Of a stretch of 64,000 bases of DNA, positions 13,034 to 26,749 are shown in pieces (the first letter of the stretch is position 1; every line of letters begins with the position of its first letter). The notes beneath the pieces were generated by a model, which had not been told where the DNA came from, ran no database searches, and saw only the letters and a program-made list of their open reading frames with translations. The position numbers and the translations under genes are program-made. The stretch comes from Amphiscolops sp. MND2022 (Eukaryota). The stretch spans positions 58,218,001-58,282,000 of the forward strand of contig OZ076414.1 of assembly GCA_964187785.1 (NCBI GenBank), in the 5' to 3' direction.

Positions 13034-14552
13034 TGACAACCCAGGGAAATCCATCGGTAGCTATCGGTGGACCACCAGTGGCTATCGGCGGGGGAAAATT
13101 AGCTTACATGGAGGCTTTCCCACCGGTGGTCCACAGATGGACCATAGGTGGAAAATTCGAAAATTTCGAAAGTGAAAATTTCGTTCAACACTTCTAGCAA
13201 CTGAATGTTGGTACACGAAATACCTTGAGACGATATTCGCGTCCCAAATGCATCAAAGCCTAACAAAATGGGAAAATTATAATGACCGGTTCTGAAGTAT
13301 CTGTAAACCCTGTTTGCAGTTTCAAATCGTGTCCAAAAACCTTTTCCACTGGTTATCCAGTGAGTTTAGATCATACTCTAGTGATTTTTTGGGTGATTTT
13401 AGATCTTTTTCTGGTGTTTTTCCAGTCATTTTAGATCTTATTCTGGTGTTTCGGTAATTTTAGATCTTATTCCGGTGTTTTCTTTTCCAGTATATTTGGA
13501 TATTTTTCTGTTGTTTTTCCAGTCGTTTTAGATCTTATTCCGGTATTTTTTCCAGGGATTTAAGATCTTATTTTTTGGTTATTTTTCGAAATTTTATCTT
13601 GATTGGGGCTTTTCCTTGCACCTGCTCGTTGGTAGCCCTGCTAGTGTCGACTGTATTTCAGTTGGCCAACCAAGACTATAAAAACGGATTTTTCCGCGGT
13701 TCTGATTTGATTTTCTGATGGACCATGGTAGATATCCAACATTTTTTAAAGGAATCGTTTTCACTTCGTTCTGTTGGACTGTTCTAATGATCTTGCTTGT
13801 TTCCAGTGTTCCCAGTGTTATTATAAAGTTTGAGTTTGGCATGGGTGATTTTACATCTAAGTCGATTGTGTTGCAGTGAGTTTGGATCTTATTCCGGTGT
13901 TTTTTGGTGATTTAAGATCTTCTGGTGTTTTTTTCGCATATTTTAGATCTTCTGTCGGTGTTTTTTCCAGTCATTTTAGATCTTATTCCGATGTTTTTTC
14001 GGTGATTTTGGATCTTATTCCGGTGTTTTTTGGTGATTTAAGATCTTCTTCCGGTGTTTTTTTCCGGGATTTAACATCTTCAGCCGGTGTTTTTTCCAGT
14101 CATTTTAGATCTTATGCCGATGTTTTTTCGGTGTTTTCAGATCTTATTCCGGTGTTTTTCATAGGTTTTGGATCTTATTCAATGTATTTTCGGAGATTTT
14201 AAATCTTAGTCCGACGTTTTTCATAGGTTTTAGATCTTCGTTCTGTAGGACTTTACTAATGATCTTGCTCGTCACGACTTTCCAAAAGTTGTCGAAGATG
14301 ATCGGTGCATGTATGCCTGTGCTTGTAAAATTTTTCCGCAGTTTTAACTAGGGTAACCAACCTTTGGAGACCTTTCATCGACGCCCCCCCCAACCGTAGC
14401 CCAACGATGGTCCATTGGTGGCCCACCGATCCCCACCTATAGCCCATCGGTGGCCACCATTACCCACCGGTGGGCCACCGGTGGCCACCGCAAGAACTGT
14501 TACGGGAACCGAAGTGGCCACCGACGGAACTGTGGTTTTCCCTAGGTTGTCA
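13034..14552. mobile_element. TIR element with GC-rich palindromic subterminal repeats and an internal satellite
   Basis: Left TGACAACCCAGGGAAATCCA vs reverse-complemented right TGACAACCTAGGGAAAACCA (18/20 match). CCACCGGTGG-type repeats at 13050-13150 and 14390-14525. Confidence 0.7.
13361..14240. repeat. Degenerate tandem repeat of about 33 bp (TTTTAGATCTTATTCCGGTGTTTTTTCCAGTCA-like), interrupted at about 13600-13875
   Basis: Many successive GATCTTATTCCGGTGTTTT units, visible directly in the sequence. Confidence 0.9.
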
Positions 14553-14920
14553 ACTCGGGACCCTATCCCTTTCGTTGCATTCGTGTCTGTCCAAAAGAAA
14601 CAAGAAGGGGACGAATGAATTCGGCGCTACATCTAAGGCTCAAAAACCGCAGTTTTTAAAACGTTTCCATGAAAAACCCCGGTTTTCGAACCTCCGCCTC
14701 CTCCTTAGTAAAACGCAATATGGTTCTGATATATTGTCGAAAATTTGGATATAGCGCTTTACTGCGGATATTAAAAGGGGGTTCCAATACAATAGAAAGG
14801 GGGGCCATTTGGAGACATGAAAAATTTTCGAATAAAGTCTCACGGTGCCAAAAAATGAAAAAACATTTGTCCCTTCAGTTTCGTCCGGTCTCGCAAATGC
14901 AAGAAAAAGTTTCTGTCTGA

Positions 14921-15030
14921 AGCAGGGACTCGAACCTGTGGCCGTCTTTGAAATAAAAAATTAAAAAAACTAGCTACTGTAATAGTCGACCACTTTCCTC
15001 AAGAAAAGCGCCGACTAAAAGTGAAGTGAC
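14921..15030 (-). mobile_element. tRNA-derived SINE-like fragment
   Basis: B-box GGTTCGAGTCC on the minus strand. The block AAAAGCGCCGACTAAAA recurs inverted at about 21598-21680. Confidence 0.4.
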
Positions 15031-15182
15031 TATAATAATCTGGCTATTTTAGTTAACTAAAAGCGCCGATTTGAAATAGGGCTTTTATGCGAAGGTTTGA
15101 AAAGCAGCCAAAAATGGGAGGAACTCCGTAGTCAAATGGGATTTGTTCCGCAATAATTTCCTAAAATGTACAACATTGCGAA

Positions 15183-15964
15183 GCTGCAATAACTAATTCC
15201 AACATTGAGAGGCAATACGGATTCCTCGAAGAAGACCTAATAGTCAGCCCCAGTTTCTGCTTCCCCCACAAAGGACCCATTGCCACAAAGAGCTACAGCC
15301 CAAGTGTTGCCAACAAGTCTATCGAGTCACCGAATGGAAGATTTGTTCTGAATCTGGAGAAGATGGCAACTGAGGGGATCTTCGTCTATGACAAGGAACT
15401 AGCCAGAGTTGTGAGGTCTTTCAACAGGGCCAAATATGTCTCCCTCGGTTTTTCCGCGCGTCGTTTCGTGGGAACCTTGGTTTGTTTATGAATGTTTGGT
15501 TTTCTCTTGTCGTTGTTTTTTAGTAGCCGGTAAAATTAGGTTCGTAATTTTCAAATCAGTAATTCATGAATTGTTTTCTAAACTTTTCGATTGAAAAAAT
15601 TCAACGTTAATTGGGCTTCTTTCAAAAGCGTTTAGACAAAAACTAAAAAGAAATTCGTCTCAATCCAATTTTTGTTTTTCTTTTAGATTTTTATAGACCA
15701 AAAAGATCAAACTATCCTCATAAAGCGAGAAAACTTTGACACTTTTTGAAAAACAGCAAACGTTTGCAATGACAAAATTAACAGTTTTAGAATCAAGGTG
15801 ATATAAATTGAAGTCTGTATAGAGTTCCGGCCACGACGAAGTGTTCAACAGGCCCTACATAAATGGAGACCAGATAAAGTATCTTGTGATCTACTTCACA
15901 GACGACGCTCAGGTGGCAACTGCTAGCGATGCTTGCTGTAAAAATGTCCGAGCTAGCTACGGCT
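15183..15964 (+). CDS. Two putative host exons (about 15183-15410 and 15823-15964); the first is weakly bulb-type-lectin-like
   Basis: GTT|GTGAGG donor, TATAG| acceptor and GGC T|GTGAGT donor join in frame. Peptide IESPNGRFVLNLEKMATEGIFVYDKELARV-SSGHDEVFNRPYINGDQIKYLVIYF. The 5' end of the first exon is unresolved. Confidence 0.45.
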
Positions 15965-16910
15965 GTGAGTACAATCTAAAAACTTGTTAACTAACAGTCT
16001 CAGCGTCTGACATCTTGGAATTCATGGACAGATCTTGAAAGAATCCTGGGAGATATTGACAAATCCTTGGTGAGATCCTGACGTGATCCTCACGGGATCC
16101 TTATGGAATACTGCAAGATCTTGCGGGAAATGCGAGAAAATCATTTCAAGATTGCCCAATTTTAGCAGGAATCGTCCATGTACGAAAAAACCGCAATGAA
16201 AGCATCTTACGTCAATACAAGACGCCGGCTATGCACCGGGATATTTTCCGCTTTCAATTGGCTAACAATAGACACTTAATTGAAAATCTCCCAGGATAAA
16301 ACACAATATACTTCGGATATGAGATAAAAATTCGAATATAGCGCAATTGTTTAGAACCTCCGCTTCCTCCGTAGTAAAACATATTCAATTTCGGACATAG
16401 CGTCAAAAATTCAGACATTGCGTGCTGGGACAAATGAGAGCGCTTGTTTTCGAAACTTTTCCTCCCACTTAGTAAAACGCAAAATAAATTCAAGTAACTA
16501 AAATAGTCAATTGACTATTTCAGGTCTTTGTATTTAGTTACTTGACTATTTTTGTTACTTAAGTAACAATAATAGTCAAGTAACTGAAATTGTCAAGTGG
16601 ATTGGATGAATTTTTGGCAGAATTTGGAAAAAACGCATATCTGATTATGATTTTCCAATACATGTGGGCCGAAAATAACAAGGACTAATCAACACCGATA
16701 ATCATCGGTCAACAATGTCGGGATCTCAATTGTCAGAGAATTTTAACAGGATTGAATATCTATACTTTTAAACACCGTGGAGCTACTCACCTACAGGTGC
16801 AGAAACAACTTTATTGACATTCGCAAAATGCAATATAAAGATTAGAAATTTCTAGAACAATCGGCAGATAAGGGGGGCATCCCAATTACCTGCACATTGT
16901 TGAAGACATG

Positions 16911-19900
16911 TGTTAAAGGAGTCAACGATCTGTTGCTGATCTCAGGAGGAGAAGAGAAGATAAAATCATGTGGAAAATCATTTATTACTGAACGATGAAC
17001 GATGATAAACAACTGATCATCTCTTCATTTAGTTTGACGTTAGCTCGAGAGTCAAGTTTAGCTCTCTCACACGCCACGAATTAGAGAGTACAATATCTCT
17101 CCAATATACGTTTGCCTGTGGGTGAGTACTATCAAGATTGAATGTGTAAACAATGTATGAATAATGTAAAAACAAGGTAGCAACGCTAGTGGCAATGTAA
17201 AATGTACTTACTGTTTAATGTTTCGACTGTTGAATGTTTGTATTTCAAGTTTTGAATTTTTCATCATCTTCTTACACAGTAAGTTTCTTCACATTGATGT
17301 TGTAGCCAAAAAGTCTGTTTTGGCCGTGTTTTCTGTCCTCGTCTTGGCGGCTCACGTTGTTTTTTCTATGGTTCGTTCTGCGTTCTGATGAGTCAGATTT
17401 ACTCAACCCAAGTTTTTAGCTTGCTGTGTTCTGCCGGTTGCACCAATTTCTTCTGGCTCTAACTTTCACACCTTGTTTTAAACTCGTTTATACGAAATGT
17501 CTCCGATCTAATGGTCCTAGCGTTAATTGCTTTTCAACTTGAATTATCGGGAGTCTTGCACAGTTGGCCTTTCACTGTCTGTTGATTATTCGCTGTTGTT
17601 TGTCTGCTCGCTTGTTGTTGGAAACTCATAGAGGTTCCGCTGCTCATCCAATCTGTTGGCTTACCTTGAACAACCAGGTTTGCTGATGCTGTTGCCTGTA
17701 TCTCGTTTAGATATTATTGTTGCTCAGTTGCTTCCTGCTGAGAGGAAGGTTTATGCAAGATTGGTTTGTTGCAACAGTGTTCCCCTTCTTTTCTTTCCTG
17801 TATGCAGCCTCCAACTTGGTGCCCTTATCTTCGCCCGTACGAGGATGGCTGAATACTGCCCGGATTCAGAGTCTGTGTCTTTCAATTGCACTGTTTGAGG
17901 TTCTGAAATACACCGGTGAGGATCTAATACAAGCTAATAGTATTCAGCTCCCTTCTTGTATGTGTCTCATGGAGTAATTTCTTTTTTTGCCGATGAAAAC
18001 GCCCTCAGGTCGTGAAGTATTTCCGATTAACCTGAGTTTTCCCTGCTTACTACTTACTTGCTACGTTGCTCGCAATCTTTTGTTCCAATTAACCATTGTT
18101 TTTTTCCGTCGACACGTTGATTTCTTATTGGTCATTATATGTCTTGGATTTGACGCTTGGTACAAAGTTCGTTGAAGCTTTTAATTCAAAACAACATTAC
18201 GGAATCCGTTCTTGTTACGTTTGGTATCCCGTGTCTGGCTATTTAGTCGTTTAAAAATTCTAGAGCCTTTTATGTTGTCGGCTTTCCAAAACTTTTGCTT
18301 CTGCCCAACCTGAAAAAGAATCTACAGAAAAAATCAATTCTTCCTTGCATATAAGGCCTTTTGAAAAAGACCCAAGAAATCAATTGCGATTTCTTGTTTT
18401 TTTTGCACACTTAAGTAGTTTACCTATTTGTTTTTGTCTAAGTATAGGTTTTATTTTCTTACCAGCCTCCTGCCATTGCGTACAACATCTTGCGATTGGC
18501 ACCAATAATTTGCGTCACAGTGCAGCCTCGGCCACCAAACATTTGACGTTTTGCCACCATACTATCTTGCCGGATGTCCATAGTATAACGATCGCATGAT
18601 ATGTCGAAGATTGTCAGGGTTAACAAGGCACTCATCCATGTATAAAAAGCTATTGGATCAAGGCTCAAACGTTCGAATCTTCCCTCCAAAGATTCGGTGA
18701 ATGGCTCACTTTTGTCGTATCTGTCTTTTAGTAACACATTGATTTGCTGAGTAAAGTCGCTAATTTTATATTCCGACGCGCGTGTGTGGTTGCCCAAAGT
18801 TTGCAACACTTCTCTTTGATTCACCCATTACCTTAAATTGCAATGGAAGGTGTCTGTCTTCCCAAAAAATTAGTGTGGAGAAGAATGTCTTACTAGCCCT
18901 ATTATCTTTTAATATTGTCAATAAAGCTTTGTGGCCTGAAAACACTTCGAGCGCTGTTCCATATACGCAATTCCTAAAGTTTTCCACATACCTCACTACA
19001 CCTAATAACTCTCTTTCGTTTGTGGAATCTTTTTCGAAATTCGGTTATTAACTTCGAATTCCGGTAGAAATCCGTGCCAAAACGTGTTGTTTCCCTGCCT
19101 TACTCCATTTCTGATGTAGTACAGATCCTGAACCTTTCTTACTTGCTTCACAGATATTGCGTAGTGACATATTTTGCTTGAAATGTTTCCTTATTGCAAC
19201 TTCGATTGTCTCCAAAACTTGCTCTTGTTTCTTTTTCCAGATCCACTTTCCGTCTCTTTCTGGTAGAGGACGCAATGGGGCACATAGATTGGGAATGAAC
19301 TTGTTCATTTGGTTGTGGAATGCCCACAATAACGTACTGAGGTCATCCAATTATTTGGGTCAAAACTTTTCCGCTATCGCTTGCTTTTTCTCTGATTTTT
19401 GTAGTAGCTATTTTGCAATCCTCCAATTTTAATCTGCTTCTTGCATCATTCAATGCCTTTATTGTGTCCTCGACTTCTTTCATGCGATCCTCTTCTTTAA
19501 CGATGGTACCGTTCGAAACATTATCTATAAATGCGATTGTTTGATAGTTTTGTGCAATTTTTTCCCATATTTTTTGGAACTCAGGCGCCATTGTTGTTAG
19601 CCTGTCTTATCGTGTTCCGAATGCATACGTACCTGTTGTTTTGCCTTCTATCATTTGGAAATTGCAGTTTTTTGCTGTTTTGTGATGTAGTTCTGTTTTT
19701 CTGTACGTGTACAGCTTGTCAGGTGGTGTAAAGATTACGTCTCTGTCTTTTTTCCCCGTTTACGATTTGTGCCAACTTCTCCATTAGACACTCCAGGTTT
19801 GGAATCTGATACTTGTCTCTCAAAATGTCATGGTTGAGCGAAGTTACATCAATTTCAATTTCAACGTTTCGGACGTTGTTCACAACTGTATGTCTCGTCT

Positions 19901-21573
19901 GTTAATTTGTCTATCCGTTCAGTGTGTCCTGTTTCCAGTAGACTCTTTATTTCAGCGTCTACTGCTTCTTGTAGTTGTGCTGGAACTCGTGGTTCTTTCT
20001 GTTCAGCTATCTTTGCTCCATCCACAAGTTCTATTATTTCCGACAAATTTATTTTGACTTTCAAATTATTTTGGAAAGTTTTGTTTTATTTTTTTTTAAT
20101 TCTGGTGAAAGTTCCATTTGGTGACTAATTATGTTATCTATGTTATCTATTGTTTTGTCACTTTCACTAATTTTGTTTGACCCTGCTTTTCTGTAAGTCT
20201 CACGAACCAATGTCACCCAATAAGTGGTTTTTTGCCATCACCTGTTTTCATAATTTGGTTTCCTACCTTGATGTCGGCTGTAGTGGAGCCCAGTAGAATC
20301 ATCAGTGGCCCGTTGTAGTCTAGATACTCTTCACCTTTTGGTAGTGGTCTATTTTCAGGAGCTTTCTCAAATCACTTTTTGTAAATATTGAAATACTGTT
20401 TTGAGAGATCCTGATTGATAATTCAATTGTTGCAGAGAAAGTTTTATTCTGGAGTTTTCCCTTCAAAACGAATAGTGGTACTCCATTTCCTTCCACATGC
20501 AGACCATGTTCTCCGCTTCTTCTTTGGTGCGGACTTCTGATCAGTTGATTGATTGATCAAACCGGTTGACTCCTCACATCCAGCATCGTTTTTCCTCTGA
20601 AACAGGCATTCTTTTTTCGTCTGTACATCCGCAGGTCTGACATTGTTCATTATGGATTTGCACTTTCGTAAATGGTTTGATGTAAGCTCTGCTACCCATC
20701 TTATACGCCAGTTTTTTGGTCGTTGGTTTATTGTGCACACAGGCTCGGATTTTATCTCTTGTCGTCCTCCGAAACGTCTTTGTTGGCTAATGCTTTTTTC
20801 AAATTCCACAGCAAACTTCAGTGTCTCTCCCAATTTTTCTAAGGTTCTGTGCACAACCGTTGTTCTACCGTTTTGTTGCTCATATTGAGGAAAAACGCAA
20901 TCAATATTAATTTGTTTGTCTGATCTCCGAGCTCACACTTTGCTGGCAGTCCTGTAAGGACATTCCGGAGTTACCAGAGCAACTCGTTCGGCTGTTGCAA
21001 CCTTCAGAAAAGTTTATATATATCCTGGACTATGTCTGAGGCTTCACGAAACAGTGTTCGCAGTTTTGATGACTTTTTCTCAATGTGGTTGTTGCTATCA
21101 TCAGGTAAAAGAGCGTTTCCGTTAGGTACTTTCTGCCTACTAATCCCAATGATAAGAACAGTATGCTAACGGTCTTTTCCTTAGGTACTTGTTCGTTCAA
21201 ATTGTTTATTAGTTTGAGCTGTTGTGGCTGTTGTTCAGTTGGAAATGGAGTTTTTGGCGTTTACCGCCATAACGAATCTATCCCATCATTTCTCGATAAC
21301 ACGCTGGATCCTGGCTTCCCGCCCACGTCTCGCCATGTTAAAGGGGTAATTCTTATCTGCTGCTGATCTCAGAAGAGAAGAGTAGACAAGAGAAGAGAGA
21401 ACAGTGTTGACAATCGTTTTTACTGAGCTCTGTGAAGGCGCATGTGGTAAATGGTCTTTTCTAATTAATCTTTCAGTTCAGTTCTTGTAACTATTTCTAC
21501 TCTATGTCGTCAACAGTTAAACACCTTCATTTGTTTTGAGGTTAGCTCGAGAGTCTCGCTTAGCTCTCTCACA
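16911..21573 (-). mobile_element. Element D: old, decayed 4.66-kb Ty3/gypsy element with short diverged LTRs (16911-17071, 21336-21573)
   Basis: Both LTRs run TGTTAAAGG...CTCTCTCACA on the plus strand. 5-bp TSD ACATG at 16906-16910 and 21574-21578. PBS-like TGGCGAGACG follows the 5' LTR on the minus strand. gag, RT and RNase H-like fragments at 20444-20854, 19861-20064, 19343-19591, 19048-19350 and 18766-18996. No clear PPT. Confidence 0.8.
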
Positions 21574-24366
21574 ACATGGCTGGTCGAAGACATGATTTTT
21601 AGTCGGCGCTTTTCCATTAAGGGAAAAATGCCCGACTATAGCAGTTACTGTTTTTTTTTCTTCAGACTTCAATCCTCACACTGATCGGTCCACTTTTTAG
21701 AAACAATCCTGAAACCACCTAAGGCGCCCAGTCCCGCAAAGGGGCCAGGGCAAACTTAGTCCAACGGGTCCCCCCTTACATTTTTCACTTTTTCAAGGTA
21801 CCCTACAAAACCGGACGGGACTAAAGAGTCCCCCTTTTCAATTTTTTCCGGCACTGTGCGACTTTTTCGGAAAGAAAAAAATTTTCTGGAATTTCAATTT
21901 TTTTCGAAAAAAAAATGTTTTGCGCTTTTTGAGCCTTAGATCTAGCGCCGACTTTAGACGTCTCGTCTTGTTTACAAAGGCAGTGCTGCGCACTTTTTGA
22001 AAAATAGGTAGAAATGGCGGATGGCCCTGGACAGTTATTTTCGGGATTTGGGTAATCGGGGCATTGTCAAAAACACGGTTTCGGACAATTGCAGGGCTAC
22101 TCACGAAAACGTGAAACTACAACCCTTTCACAAAGATATAAAATCAGAAAAGGGAAAGATTAAGAATTGGAAACATCGGCAAAAATACTTCGCTCGTCTC
22201 AACTTCGTTTTTTCAATTTATGTCTTCTCAATTATATCTTCTCATTCATGTCTTCACTTCTCAATTACGTCTTCTCTATTATGTGAAATCATAATTCGGC
22301 CGTTTGGTGAGAAGTTCATGGTAGTGTTCGAAAAGTTTCACCTGAAGAGAGTTCACAATTACATTAACGAATTGTGTTACAAGAAATCTTAATCAAAATT
22401 TTCTCTATCGGCAGTCGCTTGTTTTGCGAGACCTACATAGCTTCGAAACCAATGTTTTCGCCTCCAAAGAACTTTTAGGTATAAAATAAACGCTTCAACC
22501 GTGAGTTTAGCATTTTTCAGCACTTTCCATGGCCATGTGCAAAAAGGCACCATTCGCAAACAGAGAAAACCAAATTGCAGAGTGATTTTTTTCGTCGTCG
22601 AATCTCTGTTTTTTTTGTATTTGTTTGGTTTCCTAAAATTAAAATCTGTCGTTATGAAAAGTTTCTAAAATCATGTCAAGAAATTCAGGAATCCGTGATC
22701 CTTTCAGGAGATTCAAGTCACCGGGAATTGTGTCTGTGAAGATTGCCAGTCTTCATCGGGGTCTTGCCAGCTTAGCGTAGAACAATGAGAAGTTTGCAGG
22801 ATCTTGCCAAATTTCCAAGATGTCTAACGCTCTGCTATGCAATTCTGCCGGACATGCGGCACAAATTCGCTCTAGGTAGCATAAATTGATTGCTTCCAAG
22901 TCAAACAGTTTTTGTTAGAGAAAAACCTTCACAAAATCTAAATCTGGTAATGTTTGGAATTGAGTTTTCAACGTTTTCTTGTGTTCCTAGTCCCGCATAT
23001 GATTGGTTCGTGCAATTCAACCGAATTTGGAAGAACTGGAACTTTGTACAGTGGAACTTTTTCCATTATCTCAGACCTTTTTCCAGTTGACTGGAACGGC
23101 GACCCCGAGCATTGCAGCACAGAGATTCTCAGGCATCTTGATTTTTACTTCTTGCCGGGCTGAGACATGAAAGTTTTAAATCGAGTTCCACAAACATTGA
23201 AAACCTCTTGTCTTTTTCAATAGCAGTGTTCATCCAGTATACGTGCACATTATATTCAGTTATCAAGCCAAAGGTAATTATTCCAGTCAACAATAACTTA
23301 AGAAAGTATTGCGCCTCCAATTAAGCTGTGTCGTCAAAAATGAGGAAACATTTTTGCGACGTAGTTAATGGTGCCAACTGAAAACTACTAAAACTGCAAC
23401 TCTTTTTTCAAAGAATTCGGCACTTTTTAAAAAAAAAATTTCAAAGAAGTCACTCTTTTCTCCTTTTTGACAAAAACTGGATGAATGATTGTAGTACGCT
23501 TGAGATCTCTGAACTCACTTCAAAGTTGCAACCGATAAACTCGATACTTGAAAACGTAGTGTTTTAGCTAATTCACTTTAATTTGTACTTAGCTAATTCT
23601 CCTTTGAAAGAAGCCTAGTATTGTTATGCTCAGGAGTTACTCGGAAAACAAGTCAAAAATGGACCCAGTAAAAACAGAAGGAGCAAGCTACTTAAAGTCT
23701 TACAAAATGACGGATTTTCGAAACAATCTGATTTTTTCTAGCAAATCTACTTCGCCAAGTAACGGCTAGACTTTGACAAGAAATGCGATCAGTCAAAATC
23801 ATCGCTTTTTTCTAAACAAGCTTTCAATGTTTCGGACCAGAAACCTTGTTGTCTGAGACTGATTTTGAAATCTTCACATGTTTTACAAAAGAGCATACCG
23901 CATTTGATGCGCGCAGTGAACATTGGAAAATTGAGAACAGAAGTTTAGATGAACTTGAAGGATAGCATAAAAGAAAGGTTTTGAGAAAGGCAAAAACGAA
24001 TGGCAAAACGAACGTTTTCATGGTCAAAACGTTCGTTTTGCCATCAAAACGAAAAGTGAAACAATTCAACCTAGACGAATTTTTACTCATGACAACATCC
24101 ATTGCTTCATTGAAAATGCCATTCATGAGTTTCTTGAATGACCGAAAAGGTAATGAAAAAGTCTGTGGGTTTAGAACCTAAACAACCCTCTCTTTACATG
24201 TTTCCAAACTTATCAATACAAAAACTGCAACTAACAAACCGATGATGTAAAAGTGTGTTTTTGGAAACAAGTTGTCGGTAGAAGACTTGAACAGTGTCAT
24301 GGCTTCATAAAATATGATTGTTTCAAAAATAACGCAAAAGCATGCTCATTTGTATCTTTTTTGTAG

Positions 24367-26066
24367 ACATTTCCAGTTTATTGGAAAATGAAATGATTAC
24401 CACAGAACAAATAGAGAGAACTGTCTTGTAAGTCTACTTTTTTCTCTGATTAACTCGACGTCAGCAATAGTACTAAGAATCAAGATGACTGACCGTAGAT
24501 TGAGTTCACACCAGGCAGAAGGCTGGATGATGAACGAGGAAAGAACTAAATGTTTCGCAATCACTCCCGATGTAGAAACCGGCAAGATGATTCATCACAT
24601 AGTGGATACAGCACGGGATCCACCCATGCAGTATTGCGTTTTTGGTTAGTTATCAAGATGATTTTATTATTAACAGTAAGAGACACAGCGGCACTTCGAT
24701 GTTTTCCTCCCTCTTAGAAAGGTCAAGCAAATGAATAAAATGCCGGCTAATTTTTGATAAAACATAGAAAAATTAGGGACCCTGCATGGAAACATTTTGC
24801 AGGATTACTATGTAGCTTTCACTATTTGAGTTAAAACTGAAAACATTTCCACTTCTTCGCCGCCGCGATCACTCTGTTTTCACGAGTAAATTTCTCAAGT
24901 AAGTACCTTATGTAAACACCGTTAGTCAAATAGCACGCTGAATATGACGCTACTTTGAAACTTATAACGTGACTGGAAATTATTTGCATTAAAACCGCGA
25001 TAAAATTAATGAAGGTCTCAGCTGCTTTCAAAATTGGAACGGCGTCTTCATAAAACCTGCAAAACTTCGCCGCTCGGAATTGCCGCCAAATTTAGATTGC
25101 ATCTTATAGGCAGCTTGATAAATTAAAATAGCATCAGTGAAGTTTTAATGCATGGACGTTTCCTTGAGAATTTTTTAAAGTCAAGAAAAATTAGCTTGGT
25201 TACATACAAAAACTTGTGAAAAGTTCAAGCAGTTCCAACCAGGGTAGAGACGAAAAGTTTTATTGCAGAAAAAGATTGAATTTTCGAGTGTCAAACAATT
25301 TTCGTAACTTTTATGTAACAATGTGGTAAGGTCAGAAGAAATGAAGTTAATGGCTATAGATTTGGTTATAAACTCATGTGACTATAATCAATTTCGGCCA
25401 GAAACACGGCTACTGTATGTACAATACTATTGTTGGAATCAGCTTCGCTGACATAATTTGATTACATAGTCTTCACCCGCTGTAAGCTGAGCTTAATTGG
25501 AATTCATGCAAATCGACCAATTGAATAGTCGTCGTCCAACTGCAAGGTACCTAAGTTTTGTCGTTTTCTAAGGTTTAATTCACAACTTTCTTTTTAAAAA
25601 ATCAGCGAGGAAACAATAAGATCGGTATCATATGTATTTATGAAACCATCTAATTTTTTCTCAAAAATCATAGAACTCAAAACTTATTATTCTTTTTATT
25701 GTGTTTCTTTTTACCGATGTTTGAAAATTTTTTGCTAATATGGTTGGGCTATGGAAAGGATGACTACGGCGCTTAGCAAGCATGTTGTTTCAGATTCAGC
25801 TTGCATAGGGGACTTTAGCATACCTGGATCGCGATTGGCTGATGACGCTCACAATGACTCTCATTACCTGGGAGGCGTTCAAAGCATGTTCCATTGTGCA
25901 CAAGCTGCCAGCGCTTTTGATGCCAATTCTTATGCTGCTACAGTGAAAATTCAATACCTACAAAACAACAAACAACAACTAGATTGCTATGCCGTCACTA
26001 AAACATTGCAGGAAATGGAAAAGAAGATAGTCCCCGACAGTTCGTTTAATATCTGCTTTTTGAAAG
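24367..26066 (+). CDS. Three putative host exons (24367-24427, 24499-24644, 25794-26066) encoding a Cys-containing extracellular-like protein
   Basis: GT-AG introns 24428-24498 (GTAAGT..CCGTAG) and 24645-25793 are phase-compatible (2 and 1) and give one open frame. The last exon ends at AAAG|GTATGA. Peptide GWMMNEERTKCFAI..GVQSMFHCAQAAS..LDCYAV. Confidence 0.55.
24738..25244. mobile_element. MITE-like element, copy 2 (left end truncated)
   Basis: Collinear with 12381-12887. Confidence 0.7.
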
Positions 26067-26749
26067 GTATGAACCCCGAATCCAAAACCGTGTGAGCAAA
26101 CTTTGATATGTTTCGGACTTTCAGTGCAGACTTCGAGAAAATCTTCGAAAATTGACACGCTGAATTTTGATTGGCAATAATTCACGTGTTTAAACGATTT
26201 CACGCTTCGTGAAATTGTGCGGAGCCTAATGTGAACTACACGAAAGTTGGTACTTCTGAATAAAAAAGAATACAATCGCTTTTCTCATCTCCATATGTTT
26301 GTACCCGGCTAACAAATACTGTGAGTTTTGCTCCTTCTGATGGTCATCGTGAATGGTTTTACTTTTTCATCATGGTCTTCTAAGTGTCGACGGAACTTCC
26401 CATGCCTGGAAGTTTCTTGTTGATTTCAATTTTCGCAAAATTTTTTGAGAGCATATCAACAAATGACATCAATATTGGAAAAAACCGGGTATGAACATCG
26501 AATCCAAAAATTTTAAACAAAAATTACTATGTCTCGCAGTTTCAGCCCGAGCTTTTTAACGAAGATTCAAGAAATGTGAAAAAAAGTCTTCAATGCTTTG
26601 TAATCCTAATTCTCCACCGGATTTTTCACCTGTCTCAATTGTATGTTTATTTCGGTAATTTCAGTCTGTTGTTGTTCTTGAAGAAATTCCGAAGAGATTG
26701 TGGAAAGAGTCTGATTCTCTTCAACCTGTCCAACTACGAATAACACTGT

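Noticed and set aside
13361-14240. CRISPR-like array of about 33-bp repeats, and repeat-protein ORF 13876-14202
   Set aside because: The units are contiguous and degenerate with no unique spacers and no cas genes, in a eukaryotic context. The ORF is just translated satellite.
14921-14945. tRNA genes here and at 63880-63985
   Set aside because: Only B-box/T-arm remnants are present, with no full cloverleaf. Treated as SINE fragments.
23129-23320. Signal-anchor-like ORF (MEAQYFLKLLLTGIITFGLI)
   Set aside because: It starts at TTG directly after a stop, is short, and has no linked exons on that strand.
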